DNA from: Candidatus Lernaella stagnicola
GTDB taxonomy: Bacteria; Lernaellota; Lernaellaia; Lernaellales; Lernaellaceae
Direction: 5' to 3'
Assembly: GCA_030765525.1 (NCBI GenBank)
Contig: JAVCCK010000034.1
Span: 86,126 to 150,125 of the forward strand
Length of the DNA stretch: 64,000 bases
The notes under the pieces were generated by a model. The model was not told where the DNA came from, ran no database searches, and saw nothing but the letters and a program-made list of their open reading frames with translations. The translations under genes were made by a program, and so were the position numbers. Shown one piece after another: positions 29,419 to 39,100 of the stretch; the first letter of the stretch is position 1, and every line of letters starts with the position of its first letter.

Positions 29419-31743
29419 ATGGAACTGAGCTACCGCACCAAAGACGTGCAGATTTCCGATTACTTCCGCGTGCTCTTTCGCCGCCGGGTCGTCGTCTTGC
29501 TCACGTTCCTGGCCGTCTTCTTGTCGGTGTTGATCCACACCTTCCTCATGACGCCCATCTTCGAAGCCTTCGCCACGGTGCAAGTTAAGGAAGAGCAAAC
29601 CCAGACGATGCTGCTGGGCGAACTGGGGCGCTTCGGGCGAGCCAACACCGTCAAGGCCGAGATGGAGATCATCAAGAGCCGCACCATCGCCGAAGCCGTC
29701 GTGCGCGAACTGCACCTCGACCTTTTGGTCGTCGACCAAAGCCGGGGCCTCCAGGTCGATCTGAAAAACGTCAACCTTCCCTTGGATCAGCGCGGGCGCA
29801 CGTTCGACGTCGAATTCCTCAATGAGCAAGGACGCTTCGAGGTGTCCTACAAAGGCGACAAGCTCGGCGAAGGATCGCTGGAAGCCGGTTGTCACGAAAA
29901 GGAATTGCACTTCGACGTGGAGGTCGCGGGCGATCCGCCGCAAGCGGGCGACGGGTTCAAATTCGTGCAGCGCCCGTTTGCCGCGGTCGTGCGCATGGTG
30001 CAAAACAGTTTGGATGTCGTCGAGGTCGGCGACCGCACCAATATCATCAAGATATCTTATCGCAGCCAATATCGCGACATGGCGCGCGACATCGTCAACA
30101 AATCGGTCGAGGTCTACCAGCAGAAGGACATTGAGTACAAGAGCAGCGAAGCGGGCAACACGGTCGGTTTCATTGAGAGCCAGATCGAAGCGATTTCCCG
30201 CAACCTGGGCGACTTCGAGCAGAGTTTGCAGGAGTACAAGAAAGACCAGGGAATTATCGAGTTGTCCGCCGAGGCCGGTACGCTGATCGACGCCATCGCC
30301 GATTTCGAAGTGCAACGCTCCCAGTTGGAGATCGAACGCTATCGCTATGCGGCGATGCTGCAATCGATCAAAAAGTACGGTGTCGAAACCGCCTCGTTGC
30401 CCAGCCTGTCATCCGCCCAAGACACTGTTTTGACCGGACTCGGCCAGATATTGGCCGAACTCAAAAGCAAGAAGAGTTCCTTGTTGATCGAACTGAAACC
30501 CGAACACCCCCAGGTTAAAGCGGTCACGCAGGAAATCCAGGCCATTGGTTCGCAGATCGCCGCGATTCTCGCGCAAACCACCAAGACCCTGGATTCGCGG
30601 TTGACCAAATTGGGGCAGGTCATCGACAAGTACAACCAGAAAATCAGCGTTCTGCCCGCGACAGAGCGCAAGCTGGCGGAACTGAAACGCTCGACTGAAG
30701 TCACGAGTCAGATATACACCTTTTTACTGGAAAAGCAGCAGGAAGCCCGCATCGCGCAGGCGTCCGAGATCAGCAACATCCGCGTGATCGATTTGGCGGT
30801 GACGCCCAGCACGCAGATCAAGCCGAATATCCGACTCAATCTACTCCTCGGAATTGTCGCCGGGTTGTTGCTGGCCATCGGTGTCGCGTTCTTCTTGGAA
30901 TTCATCGACGACTCCCTCAAGTCGATCGAGGAAGTCGAGCGCTTCGTGCGCCGGCCGGTCTACGGCATCATTCCGCGCATTCCGGATTACCGTAAGGACG
31001 AAGAAGGCGGTCGCACCGTCGCGTCGGCGCTGGTAACGCACTACAGCCCGAAGAGCCCCATTTCGGAAGCTTTTCGCACGCTGCGTACGAATATCCATTT
31101 CGCCGATCCCGACCAAAAACTGCACACGTTGCTGATCACCAGCGCCGGGCCGAGCGAGGGAAAGTCGACGATCGTTTCCAACCTCGCGCTGACCTTCGCC
31201 AACACCGGCCGCAAAACCCTGCTGATCGACTGCGACCTGCGCAAACCGAATATGCAAAACATTTTTGAGATTGAACGGGATCCCGGCCTGACCACCGCAC
31301 TGCTCGGCGAAAAGCCCTGGCAGGAAGTCGTCGTAAAAACGAAGGTCGACAACCTGTTCATCATGCCCTCCGGGCCGATTCCGCCCAATCCCACGGAACT
31401 ACTGGGCAGCCAGCAAATGAAAGACGTGATCGCTTTGCTGAGAAGTGAGTTCGACCTCATCTTGTTTGACAGCCCGCCGGTCATCGCCGTGACCGACGCG
31501 GCGATTCTTTCCTCGGTGGTCGACGCCACGTTCATTGTCGTCGAACTCGGCCGCAGCCGGGGCACGGCGGTCAATCGCGCGATCGGCCTGCTGGAGAAAG
31601 TCAAAGCCAACTTGCTGGGTGTCGTGACCAACAATATCTTCGCCGGCTATCGCTACGATTACGGCTATTACAGCTACTACTATTACTACGCCGACGGCGG
31701 TCAGAAAAAGAAGCGGCGGCGGCGCACGCGATACGGGTACTAG
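29419..31743 (+). CDS. wzc: Polysaccharide co-polymerase / BY-kinase (Wzc)
   Basis: Two TM segments, SEAFRTLRTN, GPSEGKST, IDCDLRKP, DSPP, Tyr cluster YRYDYGYYSYYYYY. Confidence 0.93.
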   Translation: MELSYRTKDVQISDYFRVLFRRRVVVLLTFLAVFLSVLIHTFLMTPIFEAFATVQVKEEQTQTMLLGELGRFGRANTVKAEMEIIKSRTIAEAVVRELHLDLLVVDQSRGLQVDLKNVNLPLDQRGRTFDVEFLNEQGRFEVSYKGDKLGEGSLEAGCHEKELHFDVEVAGDPPQAGDGFKFVQRPFAAVVRMVQNSLDVVEVGDRTNIIKISYRSQYRDMARDIVNKSVEVYQQKDIEYKSSEAGNTVGFIESQIEAISRNLGDFEQSLQEYKKDQGIIELSAEAGTLIDAIADFEVQRSQLEIERYRYAAMLQSIKKYGVETASLPSLSSAQDTVLTGLGQILAELKSKKSSLLIELKPEHPQVKAVTQEIQAIGSQIAAILAQTTKTLDSRLTKLGQVIDKYNQKISVLPATERKLAELKRSTEVTSQIYTFLLEKQQEARIAQASEISNIRVIDLAVTPSTQIKPNIRLNLLLGIVAGLLLAIGVAFFLEFIDDSLKSIEEVERFVRRPVYGIIPRIPDYRKDEEGGRTVASALVTHYSPKSPISEAFRTLRTNIHFADPDQKLHTLLITSAGPSEGKSTIVSNLALTFANTGRKTLLIDCDLRKPNMQNIFEIERDPGLTTALLGEKPWQEVVVKTKVDNLFIMPSGPIPPNPTELLGSQQMKDVIALLRSEFDLILFDSPPVIAVTDAAILSSVVDATFIVVELGRSRGTAVNRAIGLLEKVKANLLGVVTNNIFAGYRYDYGYYSYYYYYADGGQKKKRRRRTRYGY

Positions 31744-31745
31744 TC

Positions 31746-32966
31746 GTGAAGTTCCTGATCGTTATTCCGGCCCTCAACGAAGAGCAGGCCGTTCGCGCCA
31801 TCATCGAACGCTGCCTCGCCGCGCGCCCGGCCATCATCGCGCAAACCCCCGTCGACGAAGTAGACATCACCGTCGTCTCTGACGGCTCCAGTGACCGCAC
31901 GCCCGAAATCGCCGCCGAATACACGGACCGAATCACCCTCGTGAGCTATCGCGTCAATCGCGGCTACGGCGCGGCGATCAAGCTCGGCTGGTCTAATTCG
32001 GATGCCGAACTCGTGGGGTTCCTCGACGCCGACGGCACGTGCGATCCGCTCTTTTTCGTCGACTTGATCAACAAACTCGTCGGCGACGAACTGAATGTCG
32101 TGCTCGGTTCACGGATGGGCGAGGACAGTGAAATGCCCAAAGTGCGCCGGTTCGGCAACCGGGTGTTCGCCGCGATCATCAACCTGATCGCCCGCGCGAA
32201 AATTTCCGACTCGGCCTCCGGGATGCGCGTGGTGCGCCGCGAAAGCCTCCCGCGTCTATATCCGTTGCCCGACGGCCTGCACTTCACGCCCGCGATGAGT
32301 TGCAAGGCAGTGCTCGATCCGCAATTGAAGATCGGCGAAGTGCCGATGACCTACGCCGAACGCCTGGGCGAATCCAAACTTTCGGCCCTCAAAGACGGCG
32401 TGCGTTTTCTACGGATCATCCTCGACATCGCCATGACGTACCGGCCCTTCCGCGTGTTCGGCGTGATCGGGATAGTTTTTTTGCTCCCGGCGCTCTTTTT
32501 CGGCGCAGACCTGGTGGCCAATTACTTCGCTTCGGGCCACGTCCCCGACGGCATGATCTACCGCGTGCTTGCCGTCGTCGTGCTCGGCTTTGCCGGTTTG
32601 CTGATCATGGGCGCCGGGATGATCGCCGAGGGCGTGGTCGAATTGCGCAATCCGTGGATTCGCCCGCACGGCGCGTTCTATCGCTTAGTGCGTCGCGTGA
32701 CGCAGTCCGACGCCATGCTGACGTTGGCCGGGATCGTCCTGCTGGCGGCGCTCGTATTCGTGGCGCGACCGGCCGTTCAATACGTGCTGACCGGTCACAT
32801 TGCGGCGCACTGGTCGCAAGTGGCGCTGGCCGGCGCGATGTTTTTGCTGGCCGTGCAGTTGACCGTGCTGGCGGGGCTGCAACGCATGCTCGCCACCATG
32901 CTCGCTACCGAGACCGATGACGTCGACCCTCGCTTCGACAAGGAGCAAGTGCTTGGCAAGGACTGA
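31746..32966 (+). CDS. GT2 glycosyltransferase (DPM/DPG-synthase-like) with C-terminal TM helices
   Basis: IPALNEE, DGSSD, NRGYG, DADG, SASGMR, RLGESKL. Confidence 0.9.
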   Translation: MKFLIVIPALNEEQAVRAIIERCLAARPAIIAQTPVDEVDITVVSDGSSDRTPEIAAEYTDRITLVSYRVNRGYGAAIKLGWSNSDAELVGFLDADGTCDPLFFVDLINKLVGDELNVVLGSRMGEDSEMPKVRRFGNRVFAAIINLIARAKISDSASGMRVVRRESLPRLYPLPDGLHFTPAMSCKAVLDPQLKIGEVPMTYAERLGESKLSALKDGVRFLRIILDIAMTYRPFRVFGVIGIVFLLPALFFGADLVANYFASGHVPDGMIYRVLAVVVLGFAGLLIMGAGMIAEGVVELRNPWIRPHGAFYRLVRRVTQSDAMLTLAGIVLLAALVFVARPAVQYVLTGHIAAHWSQVALAGAMFLLAVQLTVLAGLQRMLATMLATETDDVDPRFDKEQVLGKD

Positions 32967-34419
32967 CCGCGGGCGCGTCGCCCTTGTCAATGCGCCGTTT
33001 CTGCCGCGCTTTTCCCGCTCCCAACGAAGCCCGGGCGTCATCAAAAGCAACGTGCTCTACTACCCCTATTGGCTGGCCCACGCCGCCGCCTTGCTGCAGC
33101 GCGAAGGCTTCGTCGTCGATCTGCTTGACGCCCCCGCGCTAGGCCTCGATTCGACGCCCGCCGTCGATCACGTCGTGAGCTTTCAACCCGACCTCGTATT
33201 GGTCGAAACCAGCACGCCGTCCATCGCCGCCGATCGCGCCTACGCCGTCGAAGTCAAAAACAAGATGCCGGAAGCCGCCGTGTTCCTGGTCGGTACGCAC
33301 GTCACCGCGCAGCCCATACAAACCCTGGGCGACTCGCCGCTCGACGGCGCCCTGCTCGGCGAGTACGACTTCACAGCCCTCGAACTTGCGCGCGTCGTCG
33401 TCGCCGGCGGCAACCGCGCCGACGTGCCGGGTGTGGCGGTTTGCGGCGCGAGCGGCGGCGAAATTGGCGCAACACGCGCTCTGATCGAAAACCTGGACGA
33501 ACTGCCGTGGATCGCCCCGATCTACAAGCAGTTTCTGCCGATCGAGGCATACAACTTCAGTCTCGCCCATCACCCGATGGTGATGCTGATCAGCGGCCGC
33601 GGCTGCCCCAACAATTGCTTCTTCTGCCTGTATCCACAGGTGATGCACGGCCGGCGCTTTCGTGCCCGCAGCCCTGAGCACGTCGTCGGCGAACTGGAGT
33701 ATGTCGCCACGCAGATGCCCGGCGTGCGGGAAATCGTATTCGAAGACGACACCTTCACCGCCGACGAAACCCGCGCCATACAAATCGCCGAACTGAAAAT
33801 GCAGCGCGGCGTCAAGCTGCCGTTTTTCGCCAACCTGCGCGTCAATACCGAACCGGAGACCGTGCGCGCCCTGGTGCGGGCCGGGCTGCGCAGTTGCGCC
33901 GTGGGCTTTGAATCCGCCGGCGAAAAGGCGCTGGAGCGCATGAAAAAAGGCATATCGCTCGAGCGCGCCAAACGCTTCATGCAGATCGCCCGCGCCGAGG
34001 GGTTACTGGTACACGGCTGCTTCATGGTGGGGTTTCCGGGAGAGACGCGCGAGACCATGGCGCACACGCTACGTTACGCCATCGAACTCGAGCCTGATTC
34101 CGCGCAGTTTTATCCGGTGTTTCCGTACCCGGGAACCGAGGCGTACGAGTGGGCCGAACGAAACGGGTATCTCAGTACGCACGACTTTCGCAAATGGCTG
34201 ACGCCCGCCGGCCATCACGCGGCGGTGATTGATCTGCCCGGCCTGTCGCATCAGGAGCAATGGGCGTTTTGTGAAAAGGCGTACCGGCGATTCCATTTTC
34301 GCCCGCGCTACCTGGTACGCAAACTCGTCCAGGCGATTCGGCGGCCCGCGGAAGGATGGCGAAGTCTGCGCGGATTGTTCGCGTACCTGCGTTATCTCGT
34401 TGGGCGGAGAGCGTCATGA
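32953..34419 (+). CDS. B12-binding radical SAM protein
   Basis: SGRGCPNNCFFC, FEDDTF, GFESA, GFPGET. TTG at 32953 with AAGGAG SD. Confidence 0.9.
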   Translation: MARTDRGRVALVNAPFLPRFSRSQRSPGVIKSNVLYYPYWLAHAAALLQREGFVVDLLDAPALGLDSTPAVDHVVSFQPDLVLVETSTPSIAADRAYAVEVKNKMPEAAVFLVGTHVTAQPIQTLGDSPLDGALLGEYDFTALELARVVVAGGNRADVPGVAVCGASGGEIGATRALIENLDELPWIAPIYKQFLPIEAYNFSLAHHPMVMLISGRGCPNNCFFCLYPQVMHGRRFRARSPEHVVGELEYVATQMPGVREIVFEDDTFTADETRAIQIAELKMQRGVKLPFFANLRVNTEPETVRALVRAGLRSCAVGFESAGEKALERMKKGISLERAKRFMQIARAEGLLVHGCFMVGFPGETRETMAHTLRYAIELEPDSAQFYPVFPYPGTEAYEWAERNGYLSTHDFRKWLTPAGHHAAVIDLPGLSHQEQWAFCEKAYRRFHFRPRYLVRKLVQAIRRPAEGWRSLRGLFAYLRYLVGRRAS

Positions 34420-35435
34420 AACGGGTGACGGTTGCCGTACTCGCTTACAACGAAGAGGCCAATTTGCCGGACCTGCTCGGCAGCTTGGCGGCGCAAACCT
34501 TACCGCAAGACCAATTCGATATTCTTATCGTCGATAACGGCAGTTCCGACCGCACGCGCGAGATCGCCGAACAGTGGCAAAGCCCCTTGAACAACCTGCG
34601 CGTGGTCGTTCAACCCGTACCGGGCATCGCCGTTTCCCGCAATTGCGCGCTGGCGGAAGCGACCACGGCGTTGATTGCGTTCACCGACGCCGATGTCATT
34701 TGTCCGCCCGGTTGGCTGCAAACGCTGGTCGAGGGTTTCGATCGGCACCACGCACGCGACGAGCATGTTGTGGCCGTGGGTGGCGGCAACACGCCCGTGT
34801 CGGGGCAGGGCGCTTTTCTCACGGCGATCGGCATCACGCTAAATAGTTTCTGGGGCAGTCACGGCAGCGTGCAGGGCATGATCTACACCGACGATCGGGA
34901 CGTGGAGCACATTCCGACGCTCAATATTTGCTACGACCGGGAGCGGGTGCGCGCCGCGGGCGGGTTTGACGAAGATTTCCGCATGGTCAGCGAAGATCCG
35001 GAACTCAATCACCGGCTGACGCGCCGCCACGGGTACAAAATCGTTTTTCTCGCCGGGGCCGAGGTGGAGCACAAAATGCGGCCGGACCTGAAAAGTTGGT
35101 GGCGCAACGTGTACATGTACGGTCGCGGGCGCACGCAGATCATCAAGAAGCACCCCGATCATCTCCAGTGGAAGTACATGGTGCCGCCGGTATTGCTGGC
35201 GGTCTTGGCGTTGATCCCACTGGGATTGGTGCATCCGCTATTTTGGCTGCCGGCCGTGTATTGGATTGCGCCGCTGCCCATCGCCGCGTACTTGTGCCTG
35301 CGCGCCGGGAAACCCACGTTGACGCCGCTGGCCTACCTCATTTTGGTCGGCAATCCCGTTTTCTACGGATTGGGCATGATCCACGGCCTGTGGTTTCGCT
35401 ACGAACCCGTTAGCCCGCGCTGCGTTGACCCATAA
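34416..35435 (+). CDS. GT2 glycosyltransferase
   Basis: AYNEE, DNGSSD, FTDAD, GGFDE, SEDPELNHR, C-terminal TM helices; ATGA overlap. Confidence 0.9.
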   Translation: MKRVTVAVLAYNEEANLPDLLGSLAAQTLPQDQFDILIVDNGSSDRTREIAEQWQSPLNNLRVVVQPVPGIAVSRNCALAEATTALIAFTDADVICPPGWLQTLVEGFDRHHARDEHVVAVGGGNTPVSGQGAFLTAIGITLNSFWGSHGSVQGMIYTDDRDVEHIPTLNICYDRERVRAAGGFDEDFRMVSEDPELNHRLTRRHGYKIVFLAGAEVEHKMRPDLKSWWRNVYMYGRGRTQIIKKHPDHLQWKYMVPPVLLAVLALIPLGLVHPLFWLPAVYWIAPLPIAAYLCLRAGKPTLTPLAYLILVGNPVFYGLGMIHGLWFRYEPVSPRCVDP

Positions 35436-35466
35436 AAAAACCCCGGAGCCGCAGCCCCGGGGTCTT
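35434..35466. terminator. Intrinsic terminator between convergent genes
   Basis: AAAAAAA-CCCCGGAGC-cgca-GCCCCGGGG-TCTT; the U-tract is on the minus strand. Confidence 0.75.
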
Positions 35467-35486
35467 CGACACTTATTGTCTTAGGC

Positions 35487-35912
35487 TTAGCTGAACAGGT
35501 CGGTCAGGCACGCTTCGATGTCGACACAGTCGTCGTTTTCATCGATGCAGGCGTAGATATCACTGTCCTTGCCGTAATTCTCATCGCCGGCGGAGCAAGC
35601 GTCGATGACGGCGCCCAAGGCGATTTCGATTTCATCGGCATCGTAGAACGCCAGTCCGCATACATCGTACAGGTACGTGTAATTGGTGGCGCACTCGTCG
35701 TCGGTCGTGTCGTCGTCACCCGCCGTGTCGTTATCGTCGTTATCGTCGTTGTCATCGTCGTCGTCGCCGGCCGTGTCGTCATCGGCCGTGTCGTCGTCGG
35801 CCACGGTATCGTCGTCGTCGTCGTCATCGCCACAGGCAGCCATCGCGCCGAACGCCAGCGCCAACACCGTAATCAGCGCGAGCAGCAGGAACTTGTTATT
35901 AACCACACTCAT
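35487..35912 (-). CDS. Asp-rich lipoprotein with Cys-rich C-terminal domain
   Basis: Lipobox MAAC-GDDDDDDD, DDDT/DDN repeats, C-x7-YD-x-C-x20-C domain; SD AAGGAG. Confidence 0.8.
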   Translation of the reverse strand: MSVVNNKFLLLALITVLALAFGAMAACGDDDDDDDTVADDDTADDDTAGDDDDDNDDNDDNDTAGDDDTTDDECATNYTYLYDVCGLAFYDADEIEIALGAVIDACSAGDENYGKDSDIYACIDENDDCVDIEACLTDLFS

Positions 35913-36124
35913 TTTCGTCTCCTTCGACTAGTTTTGGAATTATCAAGTTTTTAAGCGCACCGAAGAACCCGCGTAACACGGGCATCGGCATCTTCCTCCC
36001 ATTTCCTGCGGGGAGCAGCCATTGTAACCCCTTCAGACCCACTGTAAACAGCGAAGGTTCCCAATGAGATCATATTTCATGTACTTGATGAAAAACGGAG
36101 TTATCGGCAGGGGTGGGAAGGCTT

Positions 36125-39100
36125 CTAAACCTTTGATAATTCGCGGGATTCCTGTGATTGAAGGCGTTTACGCAATTCTTCGGTCAATCGTCCGATTCGT
36201 TCGTGGGCGCCGCGATTGTGGCCGAGATTGTCGCAGGCTTGGTAGCAGCCGATGACCGAAAAGTACGGATCCGATTTGGGTGTCGTCAGGGCTTTTCGGC
36301 GAAATTCCCGATAGGTCTCGCCGGTCCAAATCGTGCGGAAGTCGGCCTCGTGCAGGTTGCCCATGGGCAGGTCGTCGGCTTTGCAGCACGGAATGACCGA
36401 GCCGTCGGTTTTCACGCGGGCGTAGGTCCAGCCGATGGAGCAGGGGATTTTGTCCACCATTTCCGCGTCGTACCCCGAGCCTTCACCGGCCTGGATGCGT
36501 CGCAGGAACACGCCGTAACCGAGGAAGCTCAGGAATTCCACTTTGATCGCATAGCGCTCTTTGTCGATGGCGCACTGCGGATTATCGGGGCAGCGTTCGC
36601 ACTCGTGACGCGGATAGTAAAAAATGAGCGCGTTTTCCACGACGTTGTCTTCTTCGATTTCCAGCCGCCATTCCTTGCGGTGACACAAGACGTCGAATCG
36701 CGTGATGTCGTCGAGTTCGTAGCGGAAGCCGCCGGGCAGCAGGCTGCGCTTGACGAAGCGCGCGAATTCCAGCCCCTCGCCGTCGGCGTCCTGTCGCTTA
36801 GCACCGCGCGTGGGGTCGAGTTCGAGGTAGTCTTCGCGCTTGGGCAGATCGTTGAGCTGCCGCACGATTTCGGCGCGATCGGCCTCGGTCAGCGCCAGCG
36901 AATCGGTGTAGCCGGGCACGATGTCGATGGGCGTGAACTCGACGTACTCGGCCAGCGATTCAACGGCGAAGGAGACCATGTTCGCCACGTCATGGGCGTT
37001 CGTGTGACAGACGACGTGGTAGACCTTCACTTGCGGTTGGAAGCTATTGCGCTCGGCTTTGAGCCGGTGCAAGAGCTGGAGAGACTCCATGATTCGGCGC
37101 AGCGTCTTCGGCTGCTGATTCGGATGCACGGCGGCGTACACTTCGGGCGATCCCGCCCACACGCTCACCGTCAGGTGGTCGACGCCCGCCTCGACCAGGC
37201 CTTCGCAAACTTTTTCCGTCAGCAACGTGCCGTTGGTGATGACGGTGCATTCCAGGCCGCGCGCTTTGACTCGGCGGATGATCTCCATGGCATCGGTGTG
37301 GCAAAGCGGGTCGCCCGCGCCGGAAAGTTGCACGTGTTTGGCGCCCAATTCGGCCGCGTCGTCGATCAATCGCAGCACCAATTCGGTGGGTAGGTGTTGC
37401 TGTTTTTCCTCGCCGGTCATTCGCCGTTCGGCGAGCAGTGGCGAGTGGTTCCAGCAGCCGATGCAATCCAGGTTGCAGAAGTTGGTCAGGTCGATCTCGA
37501 AAATTTCGGGCCCGGCCAAGACTTCCTCGCCGTCCAGAATGCCTGCCAGGGCGAGGTTGTCTTCCACAAACGCCTGCGCCTCTTGGGCGGTAAGCGCGGC
37601 TTCCTCGACGGGCGCTTCAATTTCCGGCGCCGCCTCATCTTTAACCGGTTCCGGCATGATATAGCTGCAGCCCAGGGGGCCGGCGCGGTCACCCGCCTCG
37701 GGAATGTCGGTCTTGAACGAACGCAGGTCGTTGATCTCGTCGATCAGGATTTTCATGCGCTCTTCCATCGACAGTTCGGGGCGAAACTTCTCGACGACAC
37801 TCGCTTGCTTGCCTTCGGTGAGATTGGTCTCCCGCACTTCGACGTCCAACTCTTCGCAAAGCCGCAGCAGGGCGCGGATGCGGGCGTTGCGCACCGCCGG
37901 CGTGTTGGCACCGTCCAGGGACTCCCACAAGTAGTGATAATCCGTCTCCGGCAGGTGGATGCCGAACCGTTCCGGGTACACGTGCAAAGCCGTGCCGGTG
38001 ATCACGTGCATCGAGTTGATGCTCTTGATCTGGCCGATCCACGCCGCATTCTCGCGGATGAAATCGAGCGTCATCTGGAAATCATCGGCGGTCTCGCCCG
38101 GGAAACCCACGATGATGAACAAGCAGGTTTTGATGCCCGCCTCATGGCAGTCGCGGATGACGCGGCGGGCTTGCTCGACTTCGAAAAAGCGCAGTTTTCC
38201 CATGCGCTTGAGCACCGTGGGCGAGCCCGATTCGACGCCCCACTGCATTTCGTAGCAGCCCGCGGCCGCCATTTTATCCAGCAACTGCCTAGTCATGCCG
38301 GGCAGGGGGATGGCTTCGCCGTTCCAGCGGAATTCCAGCCCGGCGTCGATGATCCGGTCACAGAGTTCTTCGAGAATCACCACGTCACCGTTGAGCAGGT
38401 TGTCGGCGATCGTGAAATTGCGAAAGCCGTGCGTCTCCACATGACGGCGCAGTTCGCCGAATATGTGCTTGGCGCTGCGCATGCGAAAATCGCCGCTGAT
38501 CTGTTTGCCTTTGCAGTAGGTGCAGTTGGCGATGCAGCCGCGGCTCCATTCAAGGATCAGCGAATCGCCGGGGTACTGCTCGATGTCGAACTCGTCGTAA
38601 GTGGGCGGCGCGAGCGTGTCCAGGTCCATGATGGGGGCGCGCGGTGTGAAGCGGCATTCGCCTTGTTCGTCGAGAATCATCAGGCCGGGGATGTTCCGCA
38701 AATCCTCCCCGGCGCGCGTGCGTTCGACGATCTCCAGCAGCGTATTTTCACCTTCGCCGACCACGTAGCCGTCGATCAGGTCTCCGGCGCGGTCGATGAA
38801 AATTTGCCGGTATTCGGGCGTGAAGCACGCGGGACCGCCCAGGATGATGCGCGTGTCGCGATTGTGCTCGCGGAAACGCCGAATCACTTCCAGCGTGATG
38901 CGCTCTTTCGGGTCGACGACGCTGAAGCCGAGGATCGGCGGCGACAGGTCGACTAACTCCTCCACCGCTTGGTCAATTTGTCCCCGCAGACTGTGTTTGA
39001 CAACTTCGAAGGTCGTGTCGTTCGACCAGAAGTTCTTGTTCTCCACGTGCCACAGCATGCGGTATATCTCGTGGACGCCGTTGTAGAACTCGATGTTGAA

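Noticed and set aside
35690..35830. CRISPR-like or VNTR repeats (also 6745-6915, 22050-22085)
   Set aside because: In-frame low-complexity codon repeats (poly-Asp/Glu); no repeat-spacer structure and no cas genes.
35487..35912. RiPP precursor for the radical SAM/SPASM enzyme
   Set aside because: It has an export signal with lipobox and a paralogue elsewhere, and no RRE, peptidase or transporter is adjacent. Not fully excluded.
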